Positions 25,801 through 34,800 of a stretch of DNA of 64,000 bases are shown in pieces (position 1 is the first letter of the stretch; each line of letters begins with the position of its first letter). The position numbers were made by a program, and so were the translations under genes. Under the pieces are notes generated by a model that did no database searches, was not told the DNA's origin, and saw only the letters and a list, made by a program, of their open reading frames with translations. Source of the DNA: Trypanosoma brucei (lineage: Eukaryota); the NCBI GenBank assembly GCA_000002445.1, contig CP000067.1, forward strand, positions 64,001 to 128,000. The letters run 5' to 3'.

Positions 25801-28800
25801 CTTTCCCTTACCATGCCCATAGTTCGTTCACAGACAGCACTGAAGACATAAGTCCCCCTTTTCATTTTAAGTTGGAGTTTATTCATTACGATTCTGTGTG
25901 AGCACTCTTTCGGGAGCAATACCTCATGATGTACCCAGACCCAATTCCTCTCTCTCGATGTCACACCCTCGGTAGAGTCGTTCACGTCAGCGCAATACAG
26001 AGAAACATGAAAGCTCATCGGACCTATAGTGTGCCCCACGTAGGGTTGAACAAAAACGGGTAGTAGAAGCTCTCGCAGCACAACCGGACCATCAAAAACA
26101 GTAACAACAAATTCAGCTCTTTCCGAAAGAGTAGACATTTGGGGGCGACTGACCAGTGGCAGATGATCGCTGCACCCATCATTATTCCTTTCATCCCACT
26201 CTCGCCACACAACAGAATCAGTTTCCTCCACTGCGAGAGCCTGTGCCTCTTCACTACGCACGTACACTATGGAACCGCAAAACCCGCAAGAGTTGGAACT
26301 AACATCAGTAAAGGGGGTGCTACTCTCGCTGGTGCGCCCCATCAAAACTGTGAGGGTACCGTCGGAGTCCATTTCCGATGAAACGGCCCCCGAGCAACCT
26401 CCCTCCTTCGCGTAATGGCCGACTCCAAAGTTGTGCGTAGCGTTGATGTATAAAGCGAAAGTTGAGCCGCCTTCAATACGGATTCCGTGAAACGTAACGG
26501 AGAACTGACGACCCGCGCGCATCTTAACAAAGTTAGAGAATATCTTCGTCCACGAGCCGCTAGTCCGTTCATGCATCTGGTGAGAACCCTTCTTGAAAAA
26601 TACTTCCACCCGATGGCGTCCCGAAGCGTGGGTGAGAACGGTCAAACCGGTCAGCACAACCGAATCCTCAGCTCGAACATCAAACATAATACCATTGTAG
26701 GACTCGTTGCGTAAAAGCCTGAATTTTGTGCTCCCCACAACAAACACACGCGTGACGCTGCCATCGGGGGCTTTCAGAGCGGGATATGGGGGTTGTAAAA
26801 CTTTGTGTGGTCCCTCGTTGTCCAGCACATAGATGCTGTTTTTATCCAGGGAGAAGCAGACACGCTTATCCGTTTCGTCGCATACGTTGACTGTATTGCC
26901 CCCTATTGACGTGACAAGCCCACGTTTGGGCTGAACGAGGCTTCCGGCTTTGAAGGCCACCTTAGCACCCACTACAATAGCGGCCGCATCAGCGGAAAGC
27001 GCACAGTGGCGAACATCGCGTTTCCGCACAACGTACTCTCGCTTTCCTTGGCACGGGCACAAACACTTCACAACCCCAACTCCAGAACCACATGTGCGGA
27101 CGACCCTCCCCAGATGAGCCTTTCCAAATAGTGGCGGCACCACCGTTGCAGTCATTCCACGCGTCGAAAGGTAAGCAACAAGCCGAGGCCGATGCAATAG
27201 AGTCTCCGGAGGGATCGTATATGTCGCTATCAGCAGACCGTTGCGGTACGCGGCCACTTCCCTGTCCACTCGCTCGACCGTTATTGTGTCGCCAATAGAA
27301 AAGAGTATCCCAGTACCCTCCTCTGCTATACGCGGCGCAACCTTCCAAGCGGTTCCGCATTGAGCCATGGTGTAGCTAAGAGTGTCGAAGAGAAGATTGT
27401 TGCAGCCCATAATGCCAATGTCAGGACCTATACAGTTACTTGGAATGAGTCCAACGGCCACTGAAGAGGAATTTATATCCAAAGCATCATCATTGACGGA
27501 AACCCATCCACCTGTAGAAGTAACCTGGCATGGTGTGCGCGTGAACACAATCACACGCAAATTCGTGTCTTCTTCAATGGGGCAGTTGCACGTCGCCACG
27601 GTCGGGTGAAGATGAAGACCGCGAAGGGAGGAACTCAGCATAATGGATCCCTTTGTCATATCAACTGAGAGATATACACTGCGAGGCGTAGCCGCTTTAG
27701 TTTTGGAGTCACTCCATGTGCCCCAGATGTTACCGTGTGCTATGCGGCGCTCAAACTCCGCGGAAGTCATGACGCGGTAATCACACTCTTCGCTCGTTAC
27801 ACCCACAAAAATCGCAGAGGCATCAACTGGCGACGGCTCAATATCCTCATCAAGAAAAAGCATACTAACCACAACTTTTGAGCTGTTAGGAATCACAGTC
27901 GGGCTGATCAAGATCATGTTACTCTTAATTGATACACTTGTTTGCAGAAGGTTATTTACACACCACAGCAAATCGAAGGAGTGTAAACCTCCAAATGAAA
28001 AGCCGTCAACACCAGCAACGTGGCTAACGGTCACATCAACACGGGAGTCTCCATAGGTGGAAAAGTCATCTAGCACAGCAAAGGCAGCGCCATCAGTCGC
28101 TATACAGGTACTTCCATCGATTTGGACATTAACACTTTTATCACGCATCCATGCAAACGCTGCGGTTTCCATAAAACCAACAATGCTGCCAACGACCAAC
28201 TCCTTCGGGCTGTGCTGCGACAAAAGATAATCCGTAAGGTTATCGTTGTGATCGGTGAAGTGAAACATACATTTTGGGTAACGCCAACTATTGAAACACT
28301 CAGAGCACAGACAAATTCCACCTTCCCCCTCGTACCACGCCTCCAACATCTCCGAACCGCACGATGCGCACAGCACCGGAGGAGTGCTACGTGTCAGGGC
28401 ACTAATGTTGCTGGGGGGGTATGTGTTTCGCGCAGGGAATGTGTGGCAGTCAAGAAATGAGAAGACAACAACCGAATCCGGTCCAGTAAGCACGAAGGGC
28501 CTCAGCTTTTTCTCTTCAGGTATCTTCTCAAACAAAACACCAAAATCAACGCACTTACCACCACGAACACGAGAAAATGAAGCTGTTCCTTCCTGCCTAT
28601 TCACTTTGATAATTACTACATCATCCGAGTCAAACAACAATTGCCCGGCACTGTATATCATACCAGGCTCCACGAAACAGTTCGTGTTATTAGTTCCCTC
28701 TGAATCACGGTTACATAAGGCCCAAATATTTTCGCACCGTACTATCGCCTGGGGTTCTGCCGGCTCCTCTGTTTCTGCCGTTACGCCGATGTACATAAGC

Positions 28801-31800
28801 GTCCCTTTACTCTCTGCAATTGTGATACTTACGGCAAAGGAGAATACGTCCTCAAGCACAACGTTGCCTCGCACCGCTGAGTAGTGCGCAGCCGAGGTTA
28901 CACCGATCGACGGGCTTGGTGTGAACAGACTTTTCGTGGAGAAACGTCGGTCGATAACAACAGGTGTCCTCGACATGGGTTGTTGGCCGTTAACCATGCG
29001 GAACGAAGAAGATGTTGATTGAGTCGCTGAGACGGGAGCATTGCGCCTCAGTAAGGTCACAGAGCCTTTTTGGTTAGTTGTTTCATGACGTATTATTTGA
29101 AGAGCAGTATATTCCATATTCATTGCATCAGTAATTGTTTTAACAAAATTTTCCGCGATGTCCATTCTCTGCTCCTTTTCATCGTTCATTAGCGGCACGA
29201 CCGCAGATGCTTCAAACAAAATTCTTCTTAACCCGCTGGTTAACCAGCCACAACACCTCAAACTCTCTCCCTCCGAAACCGAAAAAAGCGCAGGCATTAC
29301 GAAGGAGGGCTTCAGGTCTGCAACATCTGTAGAGAATTGCCTCCCATCCGGATCGGCCTCAAGGTAAACCACAGCTCTTGATGCAGATTCGGATATGGAA
29401 TCTACAACGACGGGACCGTGCGTTTTATGTTGGCAGAAGAGTCCACTTCTTTCACCACCCAATATGGCTAGTGCGACTATACATTTTTCGAGGTCATAAC
29501 TAGACCGAACAAAGAAGGAATATATCCAATCCGATATCGCTGGGCCGAAGTATGGAGTGACGTGGAGTTGTTGAAGGACACTAACCGCCACACCCCGTCG
29601 CAAACTGGAAAGCAATAATTCACATGATTCCTTTACCTGTGAGGGGTCAGCGATAATATCACAAACCGCGTCTTCGTTGAAGTGGAACACAAATGGATAT
29701 AAATCATCGACACGGTGAATGTTTGCGAAGGCCAATCCGATGCGCACCATGTTTTCTCTGTAGTATGTTATCTCCCCTACATCAGCGTTTAGTTCAACCC
29801 ACACAACTTCATCACATCCGTAAACCCTCCGCTGACTGTTACGGGGAATGGTTTGGCGGCGCAGAAGGAGGTGTGGCACCTGATCACCGTCGTCAGCGTC
29901 TTGCAAAATGTAAACGTCATCCCTAGAAATTAAACTTGCCATAGTGGTAACAGGTGTATGCCCATGTGAGAGACCGATGTAATAGCAACCCCCCAGCGAT
30001 GCACCAACTCCATGGCCCATTTGCATTTGGCGGCGGATGCGGAAACCAACTTTATGAGTCCCTCTTGCAGGTAGTGGCTTCTCCCCATAAAAAGCACCCC
30101 CACCGGTGACTCGGGTCCGACCACCCGTCCACCGTGGAATGAAGGCGCGTTGCGAACACTCGGGATAGATTTTTGCGCGTGCAAGCTCCGTAAGAGAATT
30201 CACAATGACATCGGGGGACATGGAACCTCGTAATGCCTCGACAGCCTCTGCAAAACAGTCCTGCCGTAGTGTACGTGCCATGTGGCCAAGGGAGCGAGCC
30301 GCACGTGCTTTCACCCAGTGATCATGAGCCTCGCTTAATGTAATCGAACAAATTCGTAATATTTCGAGGTGGGCCGAGCGACTAACTAGACTGCAACGAA
30401 AACTATCAATAACGACGTTAACTATGCGAAAAAGTCTCGTTAGTAAAACACCACCAATATGGAGTCTTTGCCTCTTGAGTAAGTGAGTGCTTTCATCACT
30501 GTATAGGTGTTTGAGACTCGTGACAAGTTCAACAACAACATCTCTAAGAAATACGGAGGCTTCCTCAAGCAGCGCACAAATAGAATCCCCATTCGCATTG
30601 AAGCCGGGTTGGCCAAGCCGTTGTAGATTCTTCAAGCATACGGTTACGAGATAATGCACGGCAATAAACGAAGCATCACTAATCATAACAGGCGAAACGG
30701 TTTGAGTCCGACAAGAGCTGTGCAGAGAAGCCATATCAAATTCGAACGGAGCGTTTTCTCCGAAGTTCACTATCAGTTTGACGAGCATTCCATCCGTCTG
30801 CACGGCAACAAATGGTATAATGGTGGAAAAGGTACATTCGGTAGCAATTCCTAGAAATTCCCCGTTGCGAGTAAAGAATAAACTGGAAGATGGGGCCATA
30901 ATGCCGCAGCCAATGACGTCTCCGACCGACCAAGGAGTCGAAAATTCCACATTAGCGTTGGAATACCTTACAGTTCCATCTGAACAAAAAGCTGCTGAAC
31001 AATCCTTTCCGACTGACTCACACGACGAAATGGAGGAACTTGTAACACCAATGCAAACAAAAACCTCCTCATTGAGAGCAAGTTCGAGAGTTATTTCAAA
31101 GTACAAAACCTCCGCCATATCAGCCAACACACACCCACCAGCGAGAGCTGCATAGCAATCCCGTTGAGCTGGTGACATATCAAATGCCTCCTCTGCTTTA
31201 AAGGCTCTCCACTGATTACGTGCTAAGAAACATATGTCGGCACCTTCAACATGTACGCCCAGTGTATCACCCTCCACTACTGTAGCACCATCCGCTGCAG
31301 GCTGTAATGAATTTGGTACAATGACGCTACGATAAAGCAAATTAAATAAGCCACGATCCTGTAAGAAACGGTGCCACGCAATATCAGTGCTGCTTCCATT
31401 AAGTGGAGTGACTACCGTATCTGCAATCGGTGCGAGAATATAGGTTTTAAGAACGCGGAAAACTTTCGACGGATTTATTGCGGAAAGGTCCACACTGTCC
31501 CATGGGTGGCAAAGAACGGCACACAGAGAAAGCGCCTCCATACCCCTTGACGCCTCGCATTGCAGCTTGGCCTCAACTATTCGCGAAAAATTGCGGTGAA
31601 TAACACAGTGAAAAAAGCTACAGGTTGCCCTCTGGAGCTCCAGTTCCCGCTGGAACCCACAACCAATAATTGGCTCAATGTAGTGAACCTCCGTCAGATC
31701 CTCTAAAGTAGCCTCGCTATAACCAGAGTTAGTACGGACATTATTGGAGGCTTCGTTGCTGTATTCACGGCGCCTCGATCGTATAAACTCCCTGTAGAAA

Positions 31801-34800
31801 AGGTGTGAGTTCACGATTAACCACGACATATCCTCATCTAGTTGGTGAGAAGACAACAGTTTTTCCTGAAGCCTGAGTACGGCCTTGTTATTGCTGGCGT
31901 ACCTTGCTTTTTCAACAAGTGCCCTTACCAAATCCTCGTTCGTAACACCGTTACACCCATTAAGAAGAAATTTGAACACTAAGGTTGAAATACTCTCCGT
32001 ATTAGTTGCTACAAGCTCACTGATCGCATCAGAGGTTAGCAGCGGAATGCGCGGCCGGTTCATGCTCCCGACTTCCTCATGACAATGTTTTGAAAGATCG
32101 GATAAACTCGACGTGAAACGACCTAGGGCACTTACATTCCAACTTTCTGTTCTCTCGTGTGAAACGTGTGCGGATTTGCTCAAAGTTGTACGAACATTTG
32201 CCACCGAATGCACACTCGTTGGGGATGAAACACGAGTGACTGGTTCTTCTGTTTGCTGCTGTTCGGCCATAGCGGACTCCAACCGATCTCGTGGGTTGAG
32301 TGTATCAAGCAGAAAGCGCGCTCGATCTAGCATTGCTTTTTCATCGCCTTGTTGCAGGGCCTCCAGTATGAGATATGATTTCTTGCGCATAAAGTCGAGG
32401 GATTTCTCCACATGCTTTAGCAACGAAACGTTTTTTGTCCTCCGCAAGTGCCAGGCATGGGCCGCGCAGAATGCGCGCATAACATACTCTAAGCGATCCT
32501 GGTAAGGAACATGTTTCTTGCGGTACAGTTCTTGCCACTGAGAAAGAAGATCACCAAAACCTTCAAACAGGTCAGTTAGTTCTTTCTGGTCTTCTTTGTC
32601 TAGTAGAACTTCGTCACTCATTCCGGGGACGTTATGCTTCTTTAGAACTTCCTCTGAAAGGCCCCCGCGGAATATGCTGTTCTGCGGAAAAACAACGGTA
32701 TCAGGTAGGCCTTTGAGAAGCAGCTGCTGAGTGTTATGAAGAATTGCCTGACCTAAAGCAAGACATATATCACTAATCCAGTAAGATAACTCTGTTTGTA
32801 GCATCACACGCGCATTAACGGTAATAAGTGACTCTTCCTTTTTGGTATTTGTGACGGTAACCTCCACCCTACCACCGCACTCGATGGTTAGGTGCTCATC
32901 ACGCATGGTGACAAAGGTGCGCCGGCCTTCGTTTGTTACAAGGGCAACCCTTACCTTATTGGTTTCCCTTGTTGTCGGATGTTCATGCAATACCTCAATG
33001 CTGCGCGCGTAGCGTAAGTCAAGGGATGTCGTGTGTGTGCATGCGGCAGGAACAAAAATTCGATGTGTTTCTGTCAAATTGTGGTTCACATATTGTGCTG
33101 GAAGTATGTCGGCGTAAGGATACAGGACATTACGAGTCTCGTTGAGTAAAGTGAGCACGTCTCTGGCAATGCTGCTGTCGAGTAGTAGATCTACGAGATA
33201 ATGAACAACAGGAAATACCACAACCCCAATGGCAGTTTGTTTAAGCAAATTCAACTCTTCAGTCCCACCGGTATGCCCCGACGCCACGTTAGAAAAGAGG
33301 CCATTGAACAATCGCATTGTTCCCTTGCACAGAGAATTTAGCAACGCTATGGCCACCAGATGCCACTGGGGGTTGGCCTTTCGTGACAAAATACTGAGAA
33401 GGGTTGGGAGCAAGACACACGAGGGTCTGAATGACGCCCCTTTTCCTGTTAAAATCAACTGCGATTCCGCCAAGCACGCTTCCTTCAGACGATTTAAAAA
33501 CGCCATAAACGGTTTCTTTAAGTCCTTTTCCAATACGCTAGTGACCAACGACGGTATATAGTCGGATACTAAAAGGTCTTTTATGTCCGTCAGTCTTTCC
33601 GTGCTCAAAATTCTTTCTAACAAGTAGTCATAGCTGACGCACTCCATAACTAAAACACGGTGCAGCTCCTTAAAGACAAACTGAGTCTCCATCAAAATAC
33701 CCCTGTCTTCGGGTTCCAACCTGCTAAGTGTCTCAAACATATCCACAATAATAGCCACCAAATGTGGCGGGCATCCCCTCTTAATCCAAGTAAGTTGCTG
33801 AGTCAGCAGCCGACCACACACACAAAGGAGAAGTAGGGAACTGCTGTTCCTCCCAAGAGGTTGTTTGACGCGTAATATTAAGTCCTGTGAAATGTCAATA
33901 AGCCTAGAAACGGTTCGAAGTGATGTGCTATTCCAGGAAAAAAACTGAGGGGTGTACTGTGTGCCGCCGCAACACCTTCCTTCGGCGACCAACACGGCAT
34001 TTAGTCGATGCAGAATAAGGTTCGAGAGTGAAAAGGGTGTCACGATGCCTTTATCACCTTCGAGTTCCAAGAATTTTTCGCTCACAGTTTCTTCATCACG
34101 CATACTTTCAAGTTCTCTCACATGCATGGCGGGTGGTGCTTGCGTATCCACCCAACGAAGACTCAGGCCACTACTTACGTCACAGATAACACTATACATA
34201 CGGCTTGTGAACCCGCATAGAAAATATAGTTCCTTTGGATGAACGTCTGCGGTACACTGCTCCAAAATGCGACCATTTGCATCCATCCAAGTACAAAATC
34301 CATCCTCCACAATGGCAGTCTCGAACGTGTTTGTCACTACGTAGTAGTCTCCTAATGGTGTGTATGGAATTGCTTCCTTCTCTGTAACATCACAGCCAAA
34401 GGGTACTTTGGGGGGTGGACCCCACGAAATGACGCCCTTCCACGTGATGGCGCCGTCACTGCTTCTTAGGCAGCAACCAGAACCCTCATTCATCTTGAAA
34501 GAGCACAGTAAACCACACTGGGAAGCAGGTGAGAGTCTCCCCTTAGCAGAAGTAAGCATATCATTGATGCATTGAGCTCGGTGCCAGATTTGAATATTCG
34601 AGATAAATCCACTGAACGAGCCACGGAGTAGATCTACGGAACCCGTTGTGGAAGTGGAAAGATTGGCCACTTTGCACCTTACAGCACAACTTTTAATCAT
34701 CACCGCATCTTTGTAGACATTCCAAGTGAACACACCATTTGTGTTTTGCAGTGTTGCACTCCAAAGGGCCCACTCACTCCGCAACGGTTCATGAACCTCA